Source: Reclinomonas americana ATCC 50394 (lineage: Eukaryota). Taken from it: a stretch of 34,317 bases of DNA. The position numbers and the translations under genes are program-made. The stretch is from NCBI GenBank assembly GCA_048213135.1, contig PS015223.1:1-34317 (forward strand), read 5' to 3'. Position 1 is the stretch's first letter. Each line of letters opens with the position of its first letter. The notes under the pieces are model-generated. The model was not told the origin of the DNA and ran no database searches. It saw nothing but the letters and a program-made list of their open reading frames with translations. Below are positions 20,879-32,500 of the stretch, piece by piece.

Positions 20879-23471
20879 TCAGTCCTGCTCGCCCATTTCA
20901 CTCATTGGTCGCTCCTCCAGTGCGGCCTCGGCGGCAGCGGCCTCAGCAGCGGCAATTGCGGCTTGTTCCTCTTCCCAGAGAGATACGGCACGCTCGCGGG
21001 CGACCTCGATTTCCGATTCTTCGACCTCGCTGGCGTTCTGTCGAAGATAGAGGTTAGCAGCCCGTCACAGTAGAAGAGAGAGATATATAGATGGCGCGGT
21101 GGTTGTCGCTTCTCACCAGCATCCTTATGTTGGGACCGGGCGTCGTGACGACGATGCCTTGCGGGTCAAAGAGCATGGCGTGAATGTCGCCAGGTGGGAA
21201 CTCCTCCAGATTCTCTGTGCTCACCGAGTGGCGGGTTAGGGATGCTGGCGCGCATCTGTTGTCCGCTCACTACTTGTGCTCACCTCTGGCGTCCAGCTCG
21301 GTCAGGCTCGGCAGGTGTCTCAGATGCGCAAACTCCTTGATGCTGGCCAGGTGGTTGTCGCACAGATTCAGCGAGGTGAGGTGCACGAGGCCGGCGGTGG
21401 CAAACTCGGCAAGCGACGAAATTCTGTTGGTGTTGAGGGTGAGGCTGCGCACGGACTGGAAGCGAGAGAGGCCGTCCAGCTTGAAAATGGCGTTGCTGGC
21501 CAGGCTCATGGTCTCCAGCACCGGCGAGTCCAGTTTCGGTAGTTGTGACAGGGCGTTGGTGCTGAGATCGAGGTGTCGTACAGACAGCAGGCCCGTCATG
21601 TCAAAGATCATGATGGAATTCTCTGTCGCCAGCGATGGTGAGGCGGGGAAGAGAGCGAAAGTGGAAGAGACAGGTGACTGACCAGAGAGGATTAGGGTTT
21701 GCAGATTGGCGCAGGCGGCTTGACCGCGCATGTAACGCAGACTATTGTCATGCATGTCCAGGTGTTCAAGTGATTCTGTGGGGAGGGGGGGGGGAGGTGT
21801 TCAGTGAGCACAACACTCGTATCTCTTTCACACACACACTCGCTTCTGTCTCTCTCTCTCTCTCACACACACTTGTTGTTGATAGCGCACCTCTTTGCAT
21901 CAGCGGCGTAATGTCGTGCACAATGTTGTGTTGCGCGGTGCAGCTGAGCAGGTGTGGCAGCTCGCCGAGGGGAGACACATCGCGAATGGCATTCTTCGAA
22001 ATGTTCACGTGCAACAGCGTCGACATGCGCGCCGTGCCACCCAAGTCGAGGATGCCAGCGTCGGCCAGGTCCAGTTGAGAGAAGCCGTAGTTTTCGCCGT
22101 CGGGTAGCAGCCGGATCTGCCATGCAACAACAACATTTTCAGAGAGCGAACACTTCCACCCTATTCTTGTGAGGGGTCGACGCAACGACGCTCAGTGCAT
22201 TGCACAGCTTCTCCTCGCTGCAGGGCTCGCCAGAAGGAAAGTCGGCCTCCACCACTTGTTGCATGACACGCATCAGGTCGTCAATGGTCCGACCCGGCGC
22301 CGGTTCCGACACACTGTGCAGCACCCAATCGATGCCCTCGCGGTACACCTTGCACAGCAGCAGGCCTGTGTCGTGGTGAGTCGGGTGAACACGAATGCGC
22401 GTGCACAGAGCATGTCAGCGCGAACCTGTGTGCGGACCCGCCGCATCCACCGACATCCACCACACGGGCTTGTCGTTCTTCGAGTCCAGCACACGACAGT
22501 GCGCCGACCGAACGTGCTCGAATGACACGCCCGAGAAGCTGTTCAGCACAATAAAGACCGCCTGTGTGCATGCAGACCCGAGTGTGAACGAACGCGGTGG
22601 TAGGGGGCATCACACCGCGCATACTGCAACGCGCAACGCAACATGCACACCGGCCGGCACCAAATCAAAATCGACCATCACCGTCTCATCGTCGCCATCG
22701 CCCTCGCCCGTGCGGTTATCGCCCGAGTGCACAATCGATCCATTGTCGTTGCGCAATTTGCGGAACCACACCGACTCTTGCGGCTCACCATTACGCGAAA
22801 ACGTGCCTGGGCGGTCACAAACGAAATTGAGTAAACGCATCGTCGTCGTCGCGGAGGCGGACATGCAAACTGCGCAACAGCACGACACGTCGAGATCGAC
22901 CGCTCCCAGTCCCACATGCTCGTCCATGTCCCATCCTACACAACACAGCTACATAAACAACAGACGCTCGGTCGCTGCGGGAAGGCGCAGCAGCAGCATA
23001 CCACATCCAAATTTCTGAACAACCGAACATGCCAAGAGGGATCAGTGAGTCCCACGGTGGCCACACGCACACACGCACACAAAGACAAACAGGGAGAGAG
23101 GAGGCTCACCAGTTTGCGTCGCGCTCCCAGTCGAACTCTATCCCAGCACAAAAACGCACAAGTTACATATGCAATAAAAACAACCCACTCGTCATCATCA
23201 ATCATCAAATCAAACGCAACGATGCTCCTCGATGCAACGACACCGCCTGCTGCCGCAACGCCCACCGTTCATCCGATGGATTGCCCGACATGGGCGACGG
23301 CGCCGATGAAGGCGCAGACGACTCCCCGCCCTCCTCCGCCACATGAATGCCCAGTCGACCGCCGCTGCCTCCCACACTGCTCCCACCCTCCTCTGCGTCA
23401 GCACCACCACCACCACCACGCGCAGAGGCAATGGCAATGTCAATGTCCATTCCACGCGCACTCAGATCCAT
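20879..23471 (-). CDS. Fusion protein: TerD (Ca2+-binding stress) domain + LRRC23/LRGUK-like leucine-rich repeats + acidic tail; 12 exons
   Basis: TerD motifs KLKFGCGWD, VDLDVSC, SIVHSGDNRTGEGDGDDETVMVDF, VLNSFSG and LLCKVYREG..W. These are followed in the same exon by PCSEEKLCNALSV, then YGFSQLDLADAGILDL...HVNISKNAIRDVSPLGELPHLL and SDS22-like LRRs. Stop TGA 20879-20881. Confidence 0.85.
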
Positions 23472-23734
23472 CTTGCGTGAGTTTCTTCGATTTTGTAATG
23501 AGTGGCCGTTTTTGTGCGCGAGCCGGTGCGGACAGTTGCGCACTGTCCCACACTGGCTCTCATTGCACACACACTTTTTCCACATCGCCTCCACTGCGCG
23601 TGCCTCGTCTCTTTATTTTTTGTGTGTCTGTGTGATCTCTCTCTCTCGTGTGTGCGCGCGTATAGTGTGTCGCAGTGAGTGTTAGTGTTTGTGTGTGTTT
23701 TTTTTCAGCAGTGTCTTGTGTGCGATTCGGAGGA

Positions 23735-26055
23735 ATGGCCGAGTTTGACAACCCACTTGCGCGTCGAGTGTTGCGTCATCACACGCACACACGCGCACAC
23801 ATGAGGCACACACGCAGAGAGAGAGAAAGATAGACACGTCGAAGTGACACAATACCAACACACACACACACACTTCACACAAACCGTTCCTTTTCGTGCC
23901 GACAGACACATGCACTCACACACACTCACTCTCTTGCTCACTCTCTTGCTCACTCTCTTGTTCTTCTCTCCAGGCATGAGCAGTTGAGTCGACAGAATGA
24001 GCAACTGAGGGCCCAACAGAGCGAGCTGGACGACCACACCGAGTGGGTGCGTCAGCAGCAGGTGCCACAGGCGCCACTGAGTGCGCGCAGTGGTGGATCA
24101 TTAAAGCAACAACAACAGCAACAACACGGTTGCGTGGATTCTCTCTCTCTCAGCACACAGCACATGTGTCATCTTACTGGATCTCGATCGATGCAGATGG
24201 AGAGAGCGATGGCAGTGGATCGCCACTGGCAGCAGCAGCAGGTGGTGCTGCGGCGAGCAGTGTGTCGCCGGCGCCACGTCGCAGCCATAGCACGGGCGGG
24301 ACGCGTCCTCCAGTTGCGTTTCTCCACAGAGCGGGCCCGCCTAATGCGATGCTCACTCACACGCGCGCGCGCGCGTCACAGATTGAGGAGATCCTGCTGA
24401 ACAAGGGCAAGGAGTACAAGGAGAAGCTGGAGCGTCTGCGCGCTGAGGAGCTGGCGCGACAGCAGGCGGAGGTCACGGGCACGCCGTCGATTGCGCGCTT
24501 GCACACCGTGTCGTATGATCACTCCAAGCCGGTGGAGGAGCGGCTGCTGGAGATGGCGGCCAAGCGGCGTGAGATGCGGGAGCAAAAGGAGAAGGAGAAG
24601 GTGGAGGAGCCGGATCCAGAGCTCACGTTTAAGCCGCGCATCTCGGAGGCCTCCAAGAAGCGCCACTATGAGGGCGTGGAGCAGCACTTGTACTATCATT
24701 GGGTGCGTCTTTTTTTTCCCCTCCTCGTACTCCCCCTTTCTCCTTCTCGCTCACCTCTGCGCGCACGCATTCNNNNNNNNNNNNNNNNNNNNNNNNNNNN
24801 NNNNNNNNNNNNNNNNNNNNNNNNNNNNNNNNNNNNNNNNNNNNNNNNNNNNNNNNNNNNNNNNNNNNNNNNNNNNNNNNNNNNNNNNNNNNNNNNNNNN
24901 NNNNNNNNNNNNNNNNNNNNNNNNNNNNNNNNNNNNNNNNNNNNNNNNNNNNNNNNNNNNNNNNNNNNNNNNNNNNNNNNNNNNNNNNNNNNNNNNNNNN
25001 NNNNNNNNNNNNNNNNNNNNNNNNNNNNNNNNNNNNNNNNNNNNNNNNNNNNNNNNNNNNNNNNNNNNNNCCACACGTGGTGTGTGTGGAAGTTGGAAGT
25101 TGGAAGTTGACGAATCCTTATTGTTGTGCAGCCGACCACTGCGCAGGAGCGCCTGTTGCGCCACACGGCGTCGTCAGAGGCCGCTCGGTCACCCACCGCT
25201 GCCGCTGCACCGGGTGGCAGTCCGCAAAAGGGCGACGATGCCATGTTCCGGCCGCAGATCAACTCCAACAGCCGCGAGATGGAGAGGCGCACGGGCCCGC
25301 GCACTGATCGCAATCTGGCGCTGTTTGAGCTGGTTTGTACCTGTGTTTTCTTTCTCTCTTTCTCATTGGCACTCAAGTTTCTCTTTCGCAGAGCAAGCGC
25401 AAGCGCGAAGCTCAGGAGCAGCAGAACCGCCAGCAGGCGATCGAGGAGAAGGAGCTGGAGGAGTGCACGTTCTCGCCCAAGATTCGCAAGCCGCGTGGCG
25501 GGTTCGTCTTCAGCCACCCCCTGTTCCTCCTCCCTCGTGCAGCTTTCTTAGGCCCTCTCTTGTGTTCCTCGCGCAGTGGTAACCTGGCCGGCAGCGTTGT
25601 CGACCGTGCGCATCAGTGGGCCAAGAATCGCCAGAGCCGCATACAGAGTGAGCAGGATTCGCGCGCACAGGAGGAGCTCAAGGAGTGCACGTTTACGCCC
25701 AAGATTTCGGTGGGGAACGCTGTCGCTCATGAACGAATGCGTATGTCTACAGCGTTCTCACCCTCTCTCCCTTCACCTACAGGGACCTCCGAGGACACCG
25801 GTCAGTGGCAGTCTGACGCCGCGCAGCCCATTGGCCAGCGCCGTGAGCGAGGTGGCGCCGTCGCCATCGGCGGGCTCGGTGGCACCGGGCGTGGATGAGT
25901 ACGTGGAGCGCGTGCGCAGCGCGCGCAAGAAGAAGGAGGAGCTGGAAAAGTCGACATTTGTGTCGGGCGCCAACTGGCAGCCGCGCCTCACCAAGGGCAA
26001 GGCACCGAAGCTCGGCCGCGAGGCACACGATGTGAGCATCAAGTCGCTGAAGAGG
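23735..26055 (+). CDS. Charged coiled-coil protein with repeated (E)xTFxPxI motifs, probably cytoskeletal; incomplete (internal and 3' gaps)
   Basis: Motifs ELTFKPRIS, MFRPQINSNS, ECTFSPKI and ECTFTPKIS sit among E/K/R-rich helices, with exons bounded by GT/AG. Start ATG 23735 is tentative. Confidence 0.7.
23925..23960 (+). repeat. 3 x 12-bp tandem repeat CTCACTCTCTTG in an intron pyrimidine tract
   Basis: Directly visible. Confidence 0.85.
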
Positions 26056-26346
26056 GTACGTTGATATGCGGAAAGGGGGGGACAGGGGGGGGGGAAGGAA
26101 ATCTGTGATCTCATATTTGNNNNNNNNNNNNNNNNNNNNNNNNNNNNNNNNNNNNNNNNNNNNNNNNNNNNNNNNNNNNNNNNNNNNNNNNNNNNNNNNN
26201 NNNNNNNNNNNNNNNNNNNNNNNNNNNNNNNNNNNNNNNNNNNNNNNNNNNNNNNNNNNNNNNNNNNNNNNNNNNNNNNNNNNNNNNNNNNNNNNNNNNN
26301 NNNNNNNNNNNNNNNNNNNNNNNNNNNNNNNNNNNNNNNNNNNNNN

Positions 26347-26952
26347 TTAACCTGTCGCTTTCACCCGCCGCGCTGCCGCCCCGGCTTTTGGGCGAGATCT
26401 GGTCGGCCATCGACGCCGCCATCTCTGTCAAGGACGCCGAGATCTTCTCCTTCTCCGACGCCGACTCGGGCCTCGACGAGGGCAAGATCTGGTCCTTCTA
26501 CCTGTTCTTTGTCAACCGGCGCATGCACCGCATCCTCTTCTTCACATGTTCGGCCGAAAAGTTGCGCTCACACGACCTCTTGTCATGGTTGTGTACTGAT
26601 TGCCGTACTCATCATCATCATCCCCTGTTGGAGCAGCAAGCACGTCGACATGGAAATGTCGACACAAGAAGAGGACGAGGACGACGAGTATTCGACCGCG
26701 AGTAGCAGCAAGAACGCCGGCGTACATTACAGTCGAATCGAGCGTGGCAAGAACTTTGGTTTCCACTTCCGAGTACCTAGTGATGAGGTTGGTTTCGACA
26801 CAGACACATACGTCTCTCCTGCTCTCTCCTCTCTGCCTCCTTCTCCTTCTTCCCTTTCCTTTGCGCTGCTTGCTGACGAGTGAGTGTGTGTGCAGGTCGA
26901 GTGGGAAACGTCATTCGACTTTGACCCCGAGGATGAGTTCGACGAGCTGTGA
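26347..26952 (+). CDS. MAF1: Maf1, repressor of RNA polymerase III transcription (C-terminal 3 exons; N-terminus in gap)
   Basis: IWSAIDAAISVKDAEIFSFS...EGKIWSFYLFFVNRRMHRILFFTC matches the Maf1 C-box (LW..ID..I.L..C.IYSY...G.LWSFNYFFYNKK.KRI.FF.C), followed by an acidic tail. Stop TGA 26950-26952. Confidence 0.9.
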
Positions 26953-27610
26953 GCGCGTTAGTGCCCACATGTGTCGCCCTCGGGAGCACGGATCCGCGGC
27001 CCCGTCCTGCCTCCCCCCACCCCCCGTGCTCCAACCCCAATCAAATCCCAATTGTGTTTTTTTCATTCCCATCTTGCGTCTTTCTCCCTTTTTTATCAAA
27101 GCCTCTTGTTTGCCTGTTGTTGTTTCTTATTTTGTGCGTGTTTGCGCGTGTCCAAATGTGTGTGTTTCTCTCTCTTCTCTTTGCCATCGCCCTAGTCCAT
27201 GTCTTCTCCGTCAATGGTTTGTGTGCATCTGCCACCTTTTTTTCTGTGATCGCCACGGATGTCCCCCTGTGATTGCCGCTCCTCTCGCGATCGTGCTTTT
27301 TTTGTCTGTGCGCCCCCACCCATGTTCTGCTGTCTGCCAAGTCGCGTGTCGTTTAATGGCTTTGGCAGTAGCAGCAGCAGGCAGTGGTTGGTGCAGGACA
27401 AGGGGAGAAGTTTCCGCATCCAAGTGTCTTTTTTTGTCGTGCGCACGCACTCCCAACCTCACTGTACGTTGTCTTTCTCCAATTGTTCTCTCTCCACACC
27501 GCCCACGCACTTCAGCTGCTGAATATAATGACCCTTTTTCCCCCCGTACGCCCATTGGTTGCCATCCCGTTCGTCCTGCCACCACTCGTCTTCGTTGTTG
27601 TCATCGTGCC

Positions 27611-28762
27611 ATGGCATCGTCCTCTGCATCATCATCGAGTCGCGCACAGGCACGCCAGCGAGCTCGCGATCGACAAAAGGCCATGCTGATCGAGGAGGAT
27701 GTGATCCTGGAGTCGACCTCCGACCCTTCCGCGCCCAACCTCTCCGGCATGCTCAGCTACGTCGACACGCACTCACTCCAGCGACCCAGTTGCGCCCCTC
27801 CCACAGACACACACACACTGTCTCTCTCTCTCTCTCACGCATGAATGATCAGTTGGTGTGATCATTACACATCCGCATCCCAAGTTTGGCGGCGACATGA
27901 AGAACAACGTCGTGCGTGCATTGGCTGTCAGTCTCGCCGCTCGAGGCTACCTCACTCTGCGCTTTGACTTTCGCGGAGTCGGTCGCTCCAGTTGCGCAAG
28001 AGAAAGAGGAAAGGGGAAAGAGCTTCACCGCAGTGCCTTAGCAATTGCTCTGCGACTGCAGTGGGATCGTCGTCGTGGCGAGGCACGAGTGAGCGACAGG
28101 ACGTGGTGACTGCGTACGAGTGGATGGTGTCGACGTTCATGCAGGAACGCGAGAGTGGGAAGCCGCAGGAGGAGGGAGCTGTGTCGCCGCAGGAGGCGGC
28201 ACTGATGGCCAAGCGACCACCGCGAATCGACTCGTTGTGGATTGTCGGCTACTCGTTTGGTGCCAGTGTTGGTGCGTCTCCACTGCCTGAGTGGGGGGCG
28301 ATGTGAGGCTGAGTGTGTGTGTGTGTGCTCGCAGCGTGCAGTGTGGCGCCGCGATTGGAGCGCGTGTCAGGCTACGCTGGTATCTCGATGCCGGCGGGGT
28401 TCTTTAGCGGTTTCCTGCTCGGGCATCACCTGAAGGTTTCTTTTTGCGCTCGTGCCTGTGCGTGTGTGTCGTGGAGGTGGTCGGTGCTTGACGAGCGAGT
28501 TCCTGCGTGCAGTTGGTCGACAGCCCAAAGCCCAAGTTGTTCACCAATGGTATGTGTTTTTCTTCCCAGCGTTGAATGTGCTGCTGTGTGTGATCTCATT
28601 CGTGTGCTGCAGGATCTCGCGGTGTGTGTGCCACCGCCCCTCTACGTTCCACTCGCCCTCTCCTCATTTTTCGTGGTCCCACAGACTCGTTCACCGGCAT
28701 GTCTCGCTTCCGCTCGTTCTACGAAAAGCTCTCCCAGCCCAAGTGGCAGGCCGAGTTCGATG
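27611..28762 (+). CDS. Alpha/beta-fold hydrolase (HPHP..GG type); last exon with the catalytic His is in the gap
   Basis: VIITHPHPKFGGDMKNNVV, LRFDFRGVGRS, nucleophile elbow GYSFG and acid motif NGSRDSFT. Confidence 0.9.
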
Positions 28763-29547
28763 GTAGCAGCTTCACGCGCGCCATCTGTGCATGAGAGTAT
28801 GNNNNNNNNNNNNNNNNNNNNNNNNNNNNNNNNNNNNNNNNNNNNNNNNNNNNNNNNNNNNNNNNNNNNNNNNNNNNNNNNNNNNNNNNNNNNNNNNNNN
28901 NNNNNNNNNNNNNNNNNNNNNNNNNNNNNNNNNNNNNNNNNNNNNNNNNNNNNNNNNNNNNNNNNNNNNNNNNNNNNNNNNNNNNNNNNNNNNNNNNNNN
29001 NNNNNNNNNNNNNNNNNNNNNNNNNNNNNNNNNNNNNNNNNNNNNNNNNNNNNNNNNNNNNNNNNNNNNNNNNNNNNNNNNNNNNNNNNNNNNNNNNNNN
29101 NNNNNNNNNNNNNNNNNNNNNNNNNNNNNNNNNNNNNNNNNNNNNNNNNNNNNNNNNNNNNNNNNNNNNNNNNNNNNNNNNNNNNNNNNNNNNNNNNNNN
29201 NNNNNNNNNNNNNNNNNNNNNNNNNNNNNNNNNNNNNNNNNNNNNNNNNNNNNNNNNNNNNNNNNNNNNNNNNNNNNNNNNNNNNNNNNNNNNNNNNNNN
29301 NNNNNNNNNNNNNNNNNNNNNNNNNNNNNNNNNNNNNNNNNNNNNNNNNNNNNNNNNNNNNNNNNNNNNNNNNNNNNNNNNNNNNNNNNNNNNNNNNNNN
29401 NNNNNNNNNNNNNNNNNNNNNNNNNNNNNNNNNNNNNNNNNNNNNNNNNNNNNNNNNNNNNNNNNNNNNNNNNNNNNNNNNNNNNNNNNNNNNNNNNNNC
29501 TTCTTGTTTCCTTTGCTGTCATTGTGCATGGCTCACGGCTGGTGCAG

Positions 29548-32500
29548 CGTGTTCCGCATCTCGCCGAGTGCGCCCGAGGCAGCGGGGTGGCCGTCGCTGC
29601 TCTCCGAGTACATTTATGAGCGTGTGGCGGCGTCGTTGTCGCAGCGGTGCGACCGTATTGCGGCCAGCATTGCCACGGTGTTGCAGGACTCGCGGTTGGA
29701 GTCGGGACGCATGTGGTCGCGCTACTATGCGCTCAATGTTCCGTTTCTCTCTCGCTCTTTCTCCTCCTCCTCTTTCTCTCGCACTCATTCACGGAATTGC
29801 AGGAATGCATGGCCAATGCGTACTGGATGGTGGGTGCGTTTGACACGGCGCTGCGGCTGTACATGGAGACGGTGGCGGCGGCGGAATCGGCGGGTGCGAC
29901 AATTATTGCGATTGTCATTTCCTCTCCGACACACTCTCCTCACGTGCAGAGTGCAGGTTTCCCTACGTTCGGTGGCGACTCGGCGTGCATTCAATCGCCG
30001 ATGATCCTCTTCTCGGATCCGCGCACACACGACATTGATTACCACGCACGTATTTATGCGCGTGTGATTGCCGAGGCCGAGTTCTTTCAATACATTCGGG
30101 CGTGCATCTTTGAGGTTTGTGTGTGTGCCTGCCACTTGCTTTCTCTTTTCATGCACGCCGCTCAATTGCATACACACAGCTGCAACTGCACATGGGCCTG
30201 GTGAACGATGCAGCCGTCATGGGCATGGAGTTTATTCATTCGTTCCGGCAGCGAATCATGAACAAAGTGGTGCGTTGCAGTATCCAGTGCGGTTGTGACC
30301 GTGCGTGTGCTCTGAACGGGGGTGCTGCTTGCAGGGCGACCAGACAGCTACGCTGTGGACGTACCGTGCGTGTATCAGTCTGGTGCAGCGACTGAAGCCG
30401 TACACCAGGATGCAGCGTGTGGCCGCCGTGTGTGGACACGCATACTTACTCGCACGCAACAAGGTGCAGTGGGTGTGATGCACCATGCGTTGTCAACCTC
30501 CTCATTCGCACTGCGTAGCTGTACGAATTGGCCGACGAAATGTCCGCAGCCGGTGCCACGGTCGACAGCACCTCACGAGCGTCGAGTGGCGCGCGCACGA
30601 GTCCCACCGAGAGCGAGAGTGCCGCCAGCGACGCGGCGCAGTCGTTCAGTCCGAGTCGTGGCCTTCCACCGAGGTTGGCGCAGCTGCGACAGGATAGTCT
30701 CACCGACTTGCTCTCGTCCACCAGTGCGAGTCCGCGATGTGCGTCGCCTCACTTCACTAGTAGCGATACGTTATGCCTTTTCTTCTCACTGTCTGTCGTA
30801 CAGCTCTGGCTGCCTCTGCAGCTGCGCCGCCAGCGGAGATTGTGTTGGACGTGACTCCACACCTTACCGATCTTGCATTTGTTGACGAGCAGGCAATGGT
30901 GCGTGTGTTCTACGTGCAAAGAGAGGCCATCTGTCCTCCTCACTCACGCGGATGCACTGCGCAGCTGCTTACCAAGGCGGCAGAGGTGGAGTTCACACAA
31001 GCTGGCAGACACCGCTTCAGTGCAATGCTCAGTGTCGACATTGCCGACATGCATGTGTACGTACTGCACTTCGCAAAGACGTCGTGTGGTGTGTATTCAT
31101 CTCTCTTCTCTTTTGTGTGTGCAGCAAACAACGGCGATACGAGGACGCCGAGCATCTGTACAAGTCCACGTGCGCCATTTATGCGCACAATGGCTGGACC
31201 GAACTGGTGCACTCGACGCAAATCAAGTTGGCCCTGTGCGAGTACCGACTCGATCACCATGCCGAGTTGCGTGCCATCACGTGCACACTATCTCATGAAC
31301 GCAGTTTTGTCACTTATTCCGACGTGTGTCAATCAGGTACGTGCTGACGTGCATCAGTCTGCTGCACTCGCTGGCGGCCGAGGATCGGCAGCGACAAGAG
31401 TACTTTAGCGAGATGTCGCGTGTGGCACACGACGTGCTCACTCGTCGTTGCGTCTATTTCTATATTGTGTCTTTACATGCATACCTTTCTTGCATTGCTC
31501 ACGCCTCTCCACCACTGCAGCTGTGGTGCGCGACTTGCAGCCGAACTTGGCACTGCACGCCATCACCGGTGAGGACGGCAAGTCGTTTTTCCACACGCAG
31601 GCCAAGGAGGAGTTTGAGATGCACCTGCACATTTATTCCAGCTTCCCCTGCGTTGCGTCACCAACCCCCCAGTGCATCGCCTGCATGAGCGCGCCAGGAT
31701 ATACTCACGCTTCTCCTCATTTTCCAGCCCGTTCCAATCGATAACGTGCGCGTCAGCGTGGTGCGACTGACGGAAAACATGCTGGACGAGCGCGAACTGC
31801 GTGCCTTGCCGGTCGATTTCTCGCCGCAACACACCTCCTCGACCGTTCCGTACGATCAGGAGCTGGTGGCGCAGAATGTGGTGCTGCAGCCACACGCCAT
31901 CACTGTGGTATGCATCAAGGGTGGTGGCACGCTGGTGGGCTCGTACGCCGCCAAGCGTGTGGCTCTCGAGTTCGGCATGCTGCACTTTGTGCAGATTCTG
32001 AGCCAGCCGCAAACCGTGCACTTTGTCATTGCACCGGCCACGCCACCCTACGTGCTCGAGCTGCCGTGCGACAAGCGTGCGTACTGCGCACTATCTCATT
32101 TCTGTTTCTCTCGCTCACTCTTATGTTTCTTACCCTTTTTTGGCGTCTTCACCACAGACACGTTCTTTGCCGGCCACTCGGGGTTCGTGCAGTTTGTGCT
32201 GCACTTGCAGGAGGATCTGGAGGCTGGTTCGCGCCTGCTGGTCTCCGCGTCGGAAGGCTCCGAAATGGGTGACTTGACGATTCTCGAGGGCGGCGGTCCG
32301 AGCACCATTCTGTCGAGTGTGCGCTCCACCATTCGCAGTCCGCCCAGCACACTGCTCTCTGTGCACCTCGGTGCCCTGGAACGGGGTGCTTGCTTGCGCT
32401 TCTCGCTCAAGGTCGACGCCTCGGATGAGTCCCTGTCGTCGGCCGCGGCCGTTGCCGGTGGTTCTGTTGCAGGCGGTGGCGCAGCGCGAAAGGTCACCGC

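Noticed and set aside
26600-27610. N-terminal portion of the 414-aa ORF as a separate protein
   Set aside because: Pyrimidine-rich UTR/intergenic sequence giving C/F/L/S-rich translation; only the part from 27611 matches a hydrolase. An upstream start near 27356 cannot be excluded.
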